From a virus: a DNA stretch of 64,000 nt. Position 1 is the stretch's first letter; every line of letters starts with the position of its first letter. Below, piece after piece: positions 1-9,225 of the stretch. The stretch lies in the IMG/VR virus record IMGVR_UViG_3300031539_000002. One strand, 5' to 3'. Position numbers and translations under genes: made by a program. The notes under the pieces were generated by a model, which saw only the letters and a list, made by a program, of their open reading frames with translations, was not told the origin of the DNA and did no database searches.

Positions 1-264
1 CGACGAGGGGAGCTGCATGGGATCGCAAAGCTGCTGGATGCCCACCTGTCGCGGAACATCTTCAAGAAGCTCGATGGCGACAGTTTCAAGATCATGTTGA
101 CGGCCCGGAGCTACGAAGGAACGGCCACGCAATTCAAGAAGCGTGTGGAGGACATCGAAGCCACCCTCACAGAGATGAGCTTTGACGTGGACAAGGTGAT
201 CGTGGAGTTTTCCGTTTACGACACCCAAGTCAACCACGACTCGTCGTGGCTCCAACGCGCGTAG
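1..264 (+). CDS. 3' part of a hypothetical protein (truncated by window start)
   Basis: Frame 1 is open from base 1 to TAG at 262-264 (…AHLSRNIFKK…EFSVYDTQVNHDSSWLQRA*); codon usage matches neighbouring genes. Confidence 0.7.
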   Translation, partial: RRGELHGIAKLLDAHLSRNIFKKLDGDSFKIMLTARSYEGTATQFKKRVEDIEATLTEMSFDVDKVIVEFSVYDTQVNHDSSWLQRA

Positions 265-321
265 CCCAACGGTGAAACTCGTGGCCCGTGTCGGACTACG
301 CTGCGTGGGTACAAGTGGTGC

Positions 322-957
322 ATGGCCGACGAAAAGAAGGACATCCCACCCCTGCGCCTCAAGCCCGTTGTGTTCCCCGACACGGAGACCACTGGTTTGC
401 TCGACAACCCTCATGCCGAAGTGATCGAGATCGGCATTGTCGGCATCGAGGGGGACACTCTGCTCGACACGAAGATCAAGCCCGTCAACCTTGATGCCGC
501 CATGGCCTTCAACGAAGAAGGCACCAAGCGCGCGCTCGAGATCAACGGATACACGGAGGAGGCTTGGAAGGACGCCCCGACCTTCGCGGAGCTCGTGCCG
601 CAGATTGTCGAGATCTTTCAGCACAAAGTCATCATCGGACAGAATCCGAACTTCGACCGAAGCTTCCTCCTTCGCGGGCTTGAGACAGCCAAGGTGGAGA
701 AGGCATACCGCATCTTGTCGCGTCACGTCATCGACACGACCACCCTTGCGTGGGAACACTTGGTCCCTTGCGGCCTCAACCGACTCAACCTCGATGCCAT
801 CTGTCACTTCCTCGGCATCAAGTTGGATCGCAGCGAGCGTCATGGGGCCCTCGAGGACGCCAAAGCAACTCGGGCTGCGTACCTGATGATGCTGCGTGCC
901 ACCGAGGAGCAGCGGTTCGCGTGGCGTGACCGTGGGAAGACTTTGGAACTCGACTAG
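322..957 (+). CDS. DEDDh 3'-5' exonuclease (DnaQ/epsilon-like)
   Basis: ExoI DTETTG, ExoII QNPNFD, ExoIII HGALEDA. Confidence 0.9.
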   Translation: MADEKKDIPPLRLKPVVFPDTETTGLLDNPHAEVIEIGIVGIEGDTLLDTKIKPVNLDAAMAFNEEGTKRALEINGYTEEAWKDAPTFAELVPQIVEIFQHKVIIGQNPNFDRSFLLRGLETAKVEKAYRILSRHVIDTTTLAWEHLVPCGLNRLNLDAICHFLGIKLDRSERHGALEDAKATRAAYLMMLRATEEQRFAWRDRGKTLELD

Positions 958-1100
958 CGTTTTCCTAGTCTCCTGGAGCGCCACTCCCAAACAGCCAGCA
1001 GGACGAGCCCTACCCCGAGTGCCGCAAGCACGAAAAGGAGACGCTCTGCCTCCGTTTCCGTCACCTCGTACGCAAAGGGATAGAACGGCCCTGGCCCCAT

Positions 1101-2408
1101 CTAGTCCCTCCCAAACATGCTGAGGATGTCGGAGACGTTCTCTTCGTCTTCTTCATCCAGCTCGACGGGCTCGGGTTCCGACTCCACAGCAGGCGGATCG
1201 GGCTCGTGCTGTATGAGGCTCTGTACGTCCTCAGGAACCTCGCTGGCCTCGCTGAGGAACAGAGGCACCACCTTGGCGTCTTCCTCGTACCGACGCTCCA
1301 CGACGCCGTACAGGTGCTCTACGAGCTTCTCGAGCCCCGGCCAGTCATACTGCTCGGCCTTGGCATCGTGGATGAGGGGCACGACCTCCTCCATCACCTT
1401 CTCAGGGAACTTGTCGATGCCGACGTGAGCCCCCACCATTGCTCCGGCCATCGCCGCGATGGTGTCCGAATCTCCTCCGACCCACACCGCCAATTCGATG
1501 GCCTGCCAGAAGTCCTTGGGGTAGGCCATGAGGCAGTAGAGACTCCACAGAACGCTCGTGCGTGCCCACGGACTCACCCCGCTCCAACGGGGGTCATCAT
1601 CCTTGAGAACCCACTTGGCGACCGTGCGTCGTTCAGCGGCATCTCCGGGTGCGCACCGGTCCTCCCCCTTGCGACCGTTGAACACCATGTCGGTCAGCGT
1701 GCGGATGTCCTCGGCGTAGTCCTTGTCGCAACGCTCTACGAACCTGGCGAGCCATTGCCACCACCCAGGCTCGTGAGGCCCGCTGGTGGATTTGCTCGCA
1801 TTGAGGCACATGGCGGTAGCTGCTGCAACAGCCACTGCAGCGGCCACGGACATCGGAGCTTTGTGGGTGATGACCGCCTGTTCCATCGTGGACACCACAA
1901 GGCCGTCCACGTCGTTCCAGAACAGCAGGCCCATCGGGGAGGCCCGCATGGCTGCTCCGTTCCCGGCGCGCGGAGGAGGCGTCCCAGACTCCTTCCAGGA
2001 GCCGCCGTCGATGAGCTTCACGGCAGCCTGCATGGTGGCGCCTCCGTAGCCCACGACGCCCTCTCGAGCGAAGATCCGGGCGATTCGATCGGCGAAGTCT
2101 TCGGGGTTCCAATCACCTTCGTCGATGAGGGAGAGCATGAGTTCGCGGGTGAGCTGAGTGTCGTCGGTGTACTGACCGAACGTCATGCCGTGATGGTGTT
2201 TGCCCGTCTCGGAGAAGTCGCAGTCACGTAGGTTCGTTTCAGCGAACTTGCGGGCTTCATGGGAGGGCCGGGCCTCAGCCCATGCCCCAACGCAGTCTCC
2301 GATGGCACATCCAAGGATGGCCCCTTTGAACTGTTCGATGCGAGGGAGTTGAGGGCGATCGGAGGGCGGCACGTCACCGCTGCGGGTAGCAATTTCACGT
2401 AGGCTCAT
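1101..2408 (-). CDS. ADP-ribosylglycohydrolase (DraG/ARH family) with acidic C-terminal tail
   Basis: GxAIGD, YTDDT, GNGAAMR and GGDSDT motifs. Confidence 0.92.
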   Translation of the reverse strand: MSLREIATRSGDVPPSDRPQLPRIEQFKGAILGCAIGDCVGAWAEARPSHEARKFAETNLRDCDFSETGKHHHGMTFGQYTDDTQLTRELMLSLIDEGDWNPEDFADRIARIFAREGVVGYGGATMQAAVKLIDGGSWKESGTPPPRAGNGAAMRASPMGLLFWNDVDGLVVSTMEQAVITHKAPMSVAAAVAVAAATAMCLNASKSTSGPHEPGWWQWLARFVERCDKDYAEDIRTLTDMVFNGRKGEDRCAPGDAAERRTVAKWVLKDDDPRWSGVSPWARTSVLWSLYCLMAYPKDFWQAIELAVWVGGDSDTIAAMAGAMVGAHVGIDKFPEKVMEEVVPLIHDAKAEQYDWPGLEKLVEHLYGVVERRYEEDAKVVPLFLSEASEVPEDVQSLIQHEPDPPAVESEPEPVELDEEDEENVSDILSMFGRD

Positions 2409-2662
2409 GGTTTCCTTTTGGCGTCTTCGAGGCAGCGTGCTCGGAACTCGGGGTCGTTGTGATACTTGAGGTACTTGCGGAGGCGTTGTGCCTCACGGAC
2501 ATGCTCCAAGTTCCGTTCTTTGTACTCAGCCTGGCGGTGTGCTGCGAGCCGACGATGGCACTCGGAACAGACATTCCGTGGACGTAATTTACCCTTCGCG
2601 TCCTTGTAGTGCGCAAAGGTGTCGTCGGGCCCTTCATGGGGGCAGTGCAGACAGGTCCTCAT
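2405..2662 (-). CDS. Small Cys-rich protein resembling the zinc-binding N-terminus of phage HNH proteins; no nuclease domain
   Basis: CLHC…CSEC followed by a basic helix; ATGA overlaps with both neighbours. Confidence 0.55.
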   Translation of the reverse strand: MRTCLHCPHEGPDDTFAHYKDAKGKLRPRNVCSECHRRLAAHRQAEYKERNLEHVREAQRLRKYLKYHNDPEFRARCLEDAKRKP

Positions 2663-3222
2663 CGAGGAAAGACAGGCACGGATACCAGGAACATCGGGTT
2701 GAGCGCGACAGAGTCCGGGTTGAAGGTATGGTCGATGGATGCCACCACCGTCGGAATGAGGGCGACGCCTTTCGGCAAAATGAATGCGAAACCGACCCCT
2801 GTGTAGAGGTAGTGAGAGACGCTGTCCACACCTCGTTGGTCGAACAAGCTAACCGCGTTGAGGAGGTAGCCGATTTGAGGTTCGATGGCGACGGTGACCT
2901 TGGGTCGTTCTGCGATCACTTGGTCAACGATGAAGCCCGCAACGGGTCCCCACTGGAGCCCATCGCTGCCGAGCTCGCCCACCTCGAACCCCGGAGAGAA
3001 GATCAGCGTCGTCCCTCGTTTGCCTACGGGGACCAAGAAGTCCGAACTGAGCATGAGGTAGAGCCCGTAGTGATCCCCGGTCGCGGGCGAGAAGGACTCG
3101 AGCACCCCCGGAGTCAGGTTGACGAAGAACTTCGGCTCGCTCTCCGTGGAGACCGGCTCAGGAGCGACAGGGGCTTCGGGAGGGGCGAAGGAAAGCAGAA
3201 GTGACAGCGCAAGTGTGTTCAT
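2659..3222 (-). CDS. Putative secreted or outer-membrane beta-barrel protein
   Basis: Start re-called at ATG 3222 (MNTLALSLLLSFAP, signal-like), then a Pro-rich linker and alternating hydrophobic strands with Gly/aromatic residues. Confidence 0.55.
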   Translation of the reverse strand: MNTLALSLLLSFAPPEAPVAPEPVSTESEPKFFVNLTPGVLESFSPATGDHYGLYLMLSSDFLVPVGKRGTTLIFSPGFEVGELGSDGLQWGPVAGFIVDQVIAERPKVTVAIEPQIGYLLNAVSLFDQRGVDSVSHYLYTGVGFAFILPKGVALIPTVVASIDHTFNPDSVALNPMFLVSVPVFPR

Positions 3223-3229
3223 GGTCGTT

Positions 3230-3958
3230 TCACTCGGAGAACTTGTAGAGGCGTGCGGGTCGGCCGGCGCCACGGTGTTCTTTCGTCTCATCGAGTTCGA
3301 CGAAACGACCATCCTCGACCATCCGTCGGAACCTCTTGGAGAAGTTCGATTTGTCGTAGGTGATGCCCTTGACGATCTCGTGGACACGTCGGAATTCTTT
3401 AGCGGTGAACTCCTCAGGGAGTAGCGCCCGCACAAGTCGGGGGTCGTAGTCGATCTTGCCCCGAACCCTGTCAACGGCCGTGTGCAGGATCTTGCCGTGA
3501 TCGAACGCGAGCTCGACCCCGCCTGTCTCTCCGACGACATCGGACACGTCGAACCATGCGGCTTCTTTGGCATCGTCTCCAGCTTCGACGCGGTGGTACG
3601 CCTCGGGGGAGATCAGCGCGTAGTAAGCGATGGTGATGACACGACCCCGGGGGTCACGCCCTGGTGTTCCGAACGTGTAGAGCTGCTCGAGGAACACTTC
3701 GTCTCGATCACGGCGCAACCCTGTCTCCTCGAGGAGTTCGCGCTCTGCGGCTGCATCCAGGTCCTCTCCTTGGTCCCCCTCGGGGGCGTGGCCGACACCG
3801 ACCTCGACGAAGCCGCCTGGGATGGCCCAGTGGTCTTGGAAGGGGTCATCGCGTCGCTTGATCAGGAGCAGTTTGAGGGTGTCACGGCGGATAGTGAAGA
3901 TCACCATGTCGACCGTGTTGGCCGGAAGGGGATACGCGTAACTGAACTTCTTCTTCAT
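3230..3958 (-). CDS. nrtR: NrtR-family regulator (Nudix domain + C-terminal winged helix)
   Basis: WAIPGGFV…RELLEETGL, LEQLYTFG, RDPRGR, LAFDH, then LLPEEFT…DKSNFSKRF…GRPARLY. Confidence 0.9.
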   Translation of the reverse strand: MKKKFSYAYPLPANTVDMVIFTIRRDTLKLLLIKRRDDPFQDHWAIPGGFVEVGVGHAPEGDQGEDLDAAAERELLEETGLRRDRDEVFLEQLYTFGTPGRDPRGRVITIAYYALISPEAYHRVEAGDDAKEAAWFDVSDVVGETGGVELAFDHGKILHTAVDRVRGKIDYDPRLVRALLPEEFTAKEFRRVHEIVKGITYDKSNFSKRFRRMVEDGRFVELDETKEHRGAGRPARLYKFSE

Positions 3959-4248
3959 GTTTCGGACTCCAGGTCGTCAGCCACCTTCGTACAGAGCGTG
4001 GCAATTCCACGCACCGCAGAGGGGAAGCTGTCGAAGATCTTGGTCATCTCAGAGAACTCGCCGGTGTTGCGTGCTTTGAGTTCCACGGAGTAGGCACCAT
4101 CGTCAAGCTCGGACAAGTGGATGCTCAAGCGTTCCTTGGCTCGCATCATGTTCTCGTGTTCTGACTTGGCGCGACAGAGCTGGGAACAGAACCCGTCATC
4201 GACGACGGGCATCTTGTAGGAGTCCCGACAGTAGCGACAGTTGCTCAT
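3955..4248 (-). CDS. Hypothetical protein with N-terminal CxxC…CSxxC zinc motif
   Basis: Start re-called at ATG 4248; overlaps flanking genes by 4 nt. Confidence 0.6.
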   Translation of the reverse strand: MSNCRYCRDSYKMPVVDDGFCSQLCRAKSEHENMMRAKERLSIHLSELDDGAYSVELKARNTGEFSEMTKIFDSFPSAVRGIATLCTKVADDLESET

Positions 4249-4820
4249 GCGGCCTCGGATTCTCGATAGAGCCCGTGCATCTCGATGTAGCGACGCACGG
4301 GAAGGGGGACGTGGTGCTTCCAGGCATCCACGCCGTCGTGGATCATCTGGCGCAGTTTGGTGGCGCGCATCGACTGGACGGGGAGATGGGCGAACCCGAA
4401 GTCGCGCTCGATGTCCTCGACTCGAGCCCACTTGTGAAGCTCGTCGGGGATGTCGGGACCGATGGCGAACTTGATTTCGTCCTCTTTGGAGTAGCCCTGC
4501 GCCAGCTCTTGGAGAAGCTCGTAGGTGCGGATCGGAGCAGGCTGCTTCGTCAGCATGTGCATTTCAATCTGGCTCACCATCACCGTGGACTCAAAGGGGA
4601 GGCTCGGCACCCCGTTGTACCGTAGGTGATTCACCCCGAGCTTCGCCATGTTGTAGCGGTGCAAGTACTCGGGAAGGTCGTCCTTGAGCGCGTGGGCGGC
4701 AGAGGGCACCACGATGACGACATTGAAATCCCCTTCCGTCACGAGCCAGCGGACGATGTCCGCGTGGTGATCACAGAAGGGGTTGAAGGAGCCTCCGTAA
4801 ACTGCGATGCGTCGTCCCAT
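4245..4820 (-). CDS. nadD: Nicotinate-nucleotide adenylyltransferase (NadD-like)
   Basis: IAVYGGSFNP, HRYNM, IRTYELL, FAIGPD…LHKW, RATKLR, VRRYIEMHGLY; the HxGH motif is altered to CDHH. Confidence 0.85.
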   Translation of the reverse strand: MGRRIAVYGGSFNPFCDHHADIVRWLVTEGDFNVVIVVPSAAHALKDDLPEYLHRYNMAKLGVNHLRYNGVPSLPFESTVMVSQIEMHMLTKQPAPIRTYELLQELAQGYSKEDEIKFAIGPDIPDELHKWARVEDIERDFGFAHLPVQSMRATKLRQMIHDGVDAWKHHVPLPVRRYIEMHGLYRESEAA

Positions 4821-4821
4821 A

Positions 4822-5199
4822 TCAGCCAGTCCCTTCCACCGCAGTCAGGCGTCCTTCGGGGATGCCTTGCGGGTCCTGCTCGAGCACAATCACGTAGTCC
4901 TCTCGGCTGTCCCCGTACTTCAAGATGCGGTCGCTCCCTTCAACTGCGATCCAGTTCTGACCCGGGCGGGGGCCCGAGCCTTGTTCGCCTCCGGTCGCAA
5001 CGACACGGCCGCAACGCGTCCTCTTGACGATCTTGCGGTCATCCTCAGGCCCTTCGACCTCCTGCACCTCGTAGATAAGGTGGTCGTTCACTTTGACGGC
5101 ACCAGCGAACTTGCGTACGAGCTTCATGTGGTGGTCGTCGGCCAAACGTCCGAGGCTCTTGGTGAGTCGATCGAGTTCTTGTTGGAGATTCGTCATCAC
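4822..5199 (-). CDS. Hypothetical protein
   Basis: 125-aa ORF tightly packed within the operon. Confidence 0.6.
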   Translation of the reverse strand: MMTNLQQELDRLTKSLGRLADDHHMKLVRKFAGAVKVNDHLIYEVQEVEGPEDDRKIVKRTRCGRVVATGGEQGSGPRPGQNWIAVEGSDRILKYGDSREDYVIVLEQDPQGIPEGRLTAVEGTG

Positions 5200-6887
5200 T
5201 TCATCCTCATCTTGTAGACTTTGTTGCCGCGGTAGAACAGGACGGTGCCCCCATCCTTGGCGAGGCGCATGTCGCCTCCGAGCACCGGGTCACTGATCGT
5301 CTTGATGGTCTTGGAGCCCTTCTTCACGGAGAACAACTCCATCTCCTCGTCCTCGTTGACGCAGGCGCAGACGCCCGAGTCGAGGACCACGAAGTTCAGG
5401 TCGGTCGGAGACACGTCCTCGACCTTGCGCAGATCGTAGCTCGTGTAGTCCGTGTCGAAGCGGAACACGAACCTGTGGTACGTGCCCTTCTCGGCCGCGA
5501 GGACCATCAGGACACCGCCCTCGTGTTTGGCTTGAACGACCTTGTGGCCCTTGAGCTCGGGGATGGTGAGCTGGTAGCACACGCCCTGCCTTGGGAAGAT
5601 GCTGACGTGGGGCTCTCCGAGAAGGCTCTGGATGGCGACGCCTTCGTAGAGCTTGCACGCGTGCTCGAGCACGTTGGCTGCGACCCTGGTGGACGCGAGC
5701 ACCTTGTTGCCGGCCTCCGCAAACGTGACCTCAAGGATCTTGTCCCGGCTGCGGACGTAGATGGTGTCGTTGGCAGACATCGTTTCGCCCTCGGGAAGGG
5801 TGAACCCATCGAGCATCTGCTTGGTCGTGGCATCCATCAACCTGGTGCCGAGGTGCTTGGCAGTCAGAGCCACCATCGGGTGCCCGTGCTTCGGGGTGAA
5901 CCCGACGGCGATGGGGGTAGGCCAATAGCCGGCATGCCGGCGGTCTATGAGGACCTGTTCCCCGTCCCAAGCCACGGTGTGGCCCGCACCCACAAACAGG
6001 TCTCGGATGGCTTCGGCGTACTCCGCGACTTCGGTGATCTCGAAGTTGTCCGTGCCAGTGATCTTGCGAATGGTGGGTCGCAAGACGATGACGTGATGGG
6101 TCCCATCGGGAGGTGCGCCACGGCCACCACGAGCAAACATGTCCTCGTACCAGTCGCGGTAGCTCGAGGGGATGGCGTCGAGCCCGTAGGCAGTCTTCGG
6201 CATCCTCACGTCCTTGTCGAAGACAGAGACACCGGCCTTCATGCGCTCTTCGAGCCCCTTGATGCTCGGGTGCTTGCCTTTGAAGGGATGGATGCCGACG
6301 AAAAGTTGGAAGCTCACCACGGCGAAGGAGAACCAATCGCTGTTCTCCGTGAAGTCGAGACCCTGCACTTGAGGGTCACGGACGGACGGCATGATGGCCG
6401 TCGCCGGGTAACGCGGGGTCTGGTAACTGTCCACGTCGATGAAGTACGGCGTGGTGAAATCCTTGCTGACGAGGAAGTTCATCTCGTTCAGGTCCACGAT
6501 CAGGATGCCACCCTTGTGGACCGCCCGGACGCCGGCTTGGATCTGCTGCACGAGCTCGAGTGCCTTCTTGTGGTCGAAGCCCTCACGATCGCGGAAGGCT
6601 CGGGGAAAGAGCTGGCAGAGCGTCCAGGTATCGGGGACGAATTTGAAAGTGTGACCGACGTGGATCGCTTTCTTGCCGTTGTAGAGAGCATCCACTGGTG
6701 CGATAACCCGGTAGTCCTTGATGCGGGACAGGTCTTGGATTTTCCCGAGCGGGATGGCCTTCTTGGGATCGTGGAAGACCTTGTAGCCGGTGGTGCCGCG
6801 TACGAAGACCTTGCCTTCGCCGCCTTCTGCGACGAAGTGGCTCTTGGTGAGGCTGACCTCGGGTTGCCCCTTAACGTAGACCTTCAC
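5196..6887 (-). CDS. YegI-like Ser/Thr kinase with a beta-rich C-terminal domain
   Basis: AEGGEGKV glycine loop, YKVF lysine, IVDLNEMNFLV catalytic loop, FIDVDSYQ, SDWFSFAV…GIHPF. Confidence 0.85.
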   Translation of the reverse strand: MKVYVKGQPEVSLTKSHFVAEGGEGKVFVRGTTGYKVFHDPKKAIPLGKIQDLSRIKDYRVIAPVDALYNGKKAIHVGHTFKFVPDTWTLCQLFPRAFRDREGFDHKKALELVQQIQAGVRAVHKGGILIVDLNEMNFLVSKDFTTPYFIDVDSYQTPRYPATAIMPSVRDPQVQGLDFTENSDWFSFAVVSFQLFVGIHPFKGKHPSIKGLEERMKAGVSVFDKDVRMPKTAYGLDAIPSSYRDWYEDMFARGGRGAPPDGTHHVIVLRPTIRKITGTDNFEITEVAEYAEAIRDLFVGAGHTVAWDGEQVLIDRRHAGYWPTPIAVGFTPKHGHPMVALTAKHLGTRLMDATTKQMLDGFTLPEGETMSANDTIYVRSRDKILEVTFAEAGNKVLASTRVAANVLEHACKLYEGVAIQSLLGEPHVSIFPRQGVCYQLTIPELKGHKVVQAKHEGGVLMVLAAEKGTYHRFVFRFDTDYTSYDLRKVEDVSPTDLNFVVLDSGVCACVNEDEEMELFSVKKGSKTIKTISDPVLGGDMRLAKDGGTVLFYRGNKVYKMRMK

Positions 6888-7753
6888 GGTTCGGGCTCTC
6901 CCATCCAGATGGCTGCGGCCGAGAAGTCATCGGAATGCTGCCACTCGTTGAGGGCACAGTACTTGGAGATGAACTTGTGGCACCGGCGTTGAAGGAAGGC
7001 GCCCGTGGTGCCTTTGATTTTGAGGAGCTGCTCGACCACGAGCTCGGTGGGAACCCTGTCGAGCATCTTGCTTGTCCCGGTCCTGACAAGGCGTTGAAAA
7101 TCCATGACGCCATCCGACATGACGATGACAAGGTCGTGGTCGTAGGCCGGGAAAAACCAGTCGTCGTGATGGCCATTGAATTCAATGCCTTCTTCAGAGG
7201 TCCAGCCGATGCCTTCGTTGTAGATGCGTACACGCGCTCGGTCTCCGAACTTGGCCATGTAGCCGCTTAGCCGGTCTGATTGAAGGTCGTAGCTCAGATA
7301 GCGTGGGGCGTTGTGTTCGTGCTCAATGACGAACATGTACCAAGTCCCGTGAGTGCGGCTCCTGGCCACGATGACACCGTCTCCTCGGAGGGAGACACGG
7401 ACGCCCTTGTTGCCGTCCTCGTCCATGCTGCGGTACGCGGCGAGGAGCGTGGAGTCCAAACATCGCATGTCCACGTCGATCTCGTTGGCCGCATTGGCGG
7501 CCGCGTCGATGATCATCTTCTCGCGGTCCGCGAATCGGGGCTCAATGGTGTGCAGCCATCCCATGTGGAGGGCGGCGGAGTGGGCAAGCAGCCGCGCTCC
7601 TACGTCAGTGCTCGGAGACGACGAGCAGCCGTCACACACGATGGCGTAGGTGAGCGCGTCGTTGCCGTCCTTGGGCGCTCGAGCGACGGCATAGTCTTCA
7701 CAGACAGGGTGGGTCTTCCCTTGTGCGAAGAAAGCGTCTGCGTTCCATTTCAT
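6884..7753 (-). CDS. PP2C-like protein phosphatase (YegK-like)
   Basis: GKTHPVCED, IVCDGCSS, STLL, RGDG, MSDG, HSDD metal-binding motifs. Confidence 0.85.
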   Translation of the reverse strand: MKWNADAFFAQGKTHPVCEDYAVARAPKDGNDALTYAIVCDGCSSSPSTDVGARLLAHSAALHMGWLHTIEPRFADREKMIIDAAANAANEIDVDMRCLDSTLLAAYRSMDEDGNKGVRVSLRGDGVIVARSRTHGTWYMFVIEHEHNAPRYLSYDLQSDRLSGYMAKFGDRARVRIYNEGIGWTSEEGIEFNGHHDDWFFPAYDHDLVIVMSDGVMDFQRLVRTGTSKMLDRVPTELVVEQLLKIKGTTGAFLQRRCHKFISKYCALNEWQHSDDFSAAAIWMGEPEP

Positions 7754-8244
7754 GTGAGAAGTCCCATCTTCCTGAGGCGCTCAGCGTTTTCGGGTCCGTA
7801 GGGGCCACAGGTGAGTCGGTGGAGTGGCCCCCATTCAACAGGGGCCTCGTGCTCTGCGACCGTGAACGTGTCGGGCAGTTCCATGCCCGTCGTGTCGAGT
7901 AGGTAGAAGGTGGTGAAGTAGCCCCCGCTGTCGAGGACGGTTCCTTGCGGGATGAACCGGTTGAGGTTCCCGAGGTATTCGCCGTGGGGGATGTCGAGGC
8001 CCGTCTCTTCGCGGAGTTCCCGGTAGGCGGCCTCGATCGTGGTCTCCCCGCGAGGCTTGCCTTCCCCAATACAGATCGTGCCGGGTTCAGGCGGAGGGGG
8101 CGGAGGATCGACTTTTCCGCCTGGGAGGCTCCAGCGTGTGTGGTCGTCTTTGCGGGCGACCAAGATGCACTCCCATCCCCCCTCCACCGCATTGTTACGG
8201 CGGAGGACGATGACAGCGACAGCGAACTTGGCGGGAGTGCTCAT
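7750..8244 (-). CDS. Nudix hydrolase
   Basis: WSLPGGKVD…GETTIEAAYRELREETGL, with a Pro-rich insertion inside the box. Confidence 0.85.
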   Translation of the reverse strand: MSTPAKFAVAVIVLRRNNAVEGGWECILVARKDDHTRWSLPGGKVDPPPPPPEPGTICIGEGKPRGETTIEAAYRELREETGLDIPHGEYLGNLNRFIPQGTVLDSGGYFTTFYLLDTTGMELPDTFTVAEHEAPVEWGPLHRLTCGPYGPENAERLRKMGLLT

Positions 8245-8247
8245 GGC

Positions 8248-8454
8248 TTACCACCTCTCCGTGATGATCTTGTGCGTGCACCCGCGGTTGGGGCAGGTGA
8301 AGCCTTTGGCCCCATCCGCCCCTCCACCGTAGTCCGTGCCTGACCAGAGCAGCTTCACGTCGTTGGGGACGTATTCAACGGTGGCGCCACACCCTCCGCA
8401 GACAATCTCTTTCTTCACGGAAGGGTGTGGCTCTTTTTTGACTACTCGAGGCAT
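8248..8454 (-). CDS. Small zinc-ribbon protein
   Basis: CGGC…CPNRGC; lies within the operon. Confidence 0.65.
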   Translation of the reverse strand: MPRVVKKEPHPSVKKEIVCGGCGATVEYVPNDVKLLWSGTDYGGGADGAKGFTCPNRGCTHKIITERW

Positions 8455-8461
8455 CTCTCTC

Positions 8462-9202
8462 TCAGAAGGACAGGCTCTGACTCGGGCCGCCTGTACCGAG
8501 CGCTTGGCTCTGCGCGCTGATCGACCGACTCACGAAGTCCGCAAGTTTGGCGAGAGTGCTCGCGTCCGCATTGCCGAGTTCGACGTACTGGGTGAACCCG
8601 GCCGACTGTGAAAAGTCGTTGAGGCGTTGACTGAGCCCTGGGTCCTGCACGTTGACCCCGACCAAGATGGTCACGATCGACTCAAGCGACTCACTTTGCA
8701 CGGCGCGTTCCAGGCTCTTACGAACCTCTCCGGGGGTCATGGCCGAGGCGTTATCGTCCCCGTCCGTGATCACGAAGACGATGCCGTTCACGTCGAAGTC
8801 GTTCTTCACGAGATCGGCGCCGTACTGGCTCACGGAGTCCATCATGTTGACGGCAGCGTCGTACAGGGCAGTGCTGCCTCCGGTATGGACAGAGCCGGTG
8901 TACTTGTCCACGTCGCACTCCGAGAGCGGGCGGAACCCGTGAGTCTCGGCGAGACGACTGTTGAACAGGGTCATGCGCATCAGGAGGTTGTCGGAGCGCG
9001 GGCTGTGGCGGCACGCCTTGACGATCTCCTTGACGCACTTCTCCATCTCGTCGCGGAAGTACGTGACGGAGCTGGAGCCGTCGCAGGCGATGCCCACGAG
9101 GGTGTACTCGGTGGCGCCGAGGTCATCGATGCGCTTGGCCGAGAAGCCGTAGTTGGAGCCACCGATGGCGTGGCTGTCCATGTTGTCTGTGAAAACTGGC
9201 AT
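8462..9202 (-). CDS. vWA domain protein (TerY/YegL-like)
   Basis: Complete MIDAS: DGSSS, GGSTAL, ITDG. Confidence 0.88.
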   Translation of the reverse strand: MPVFTDNMDSHAIGGSNYGFSAKRIDDLGATEYTLVGIACDGSSSVTYFRDEMEKCVKEIVKACRHSPRSDNLLMRMTLFNSRLAETHGFRPLSECDVDKYTGSVHTGGSTALYDAAVNMMDSVSQYGADLVKNDFDVNGIVFVITDGDDNASAMTPGEVRKSLERAVQSESLESIVTILVGVNVQDPGLSQRLNDFSQSAGFTQYVELGNADASTLAKLADFVSRSISAQSQALGTGGPSQSLSF

Positions 9203-9225
9203 TGTATTTGTCCTTTATTCTCGCG

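Noticed and set aside
2405-2662. Homing endonuclease or mobile element
   Set aside because: Only the zinc-finger-like N-terminus is present; no HNH catalytic motif
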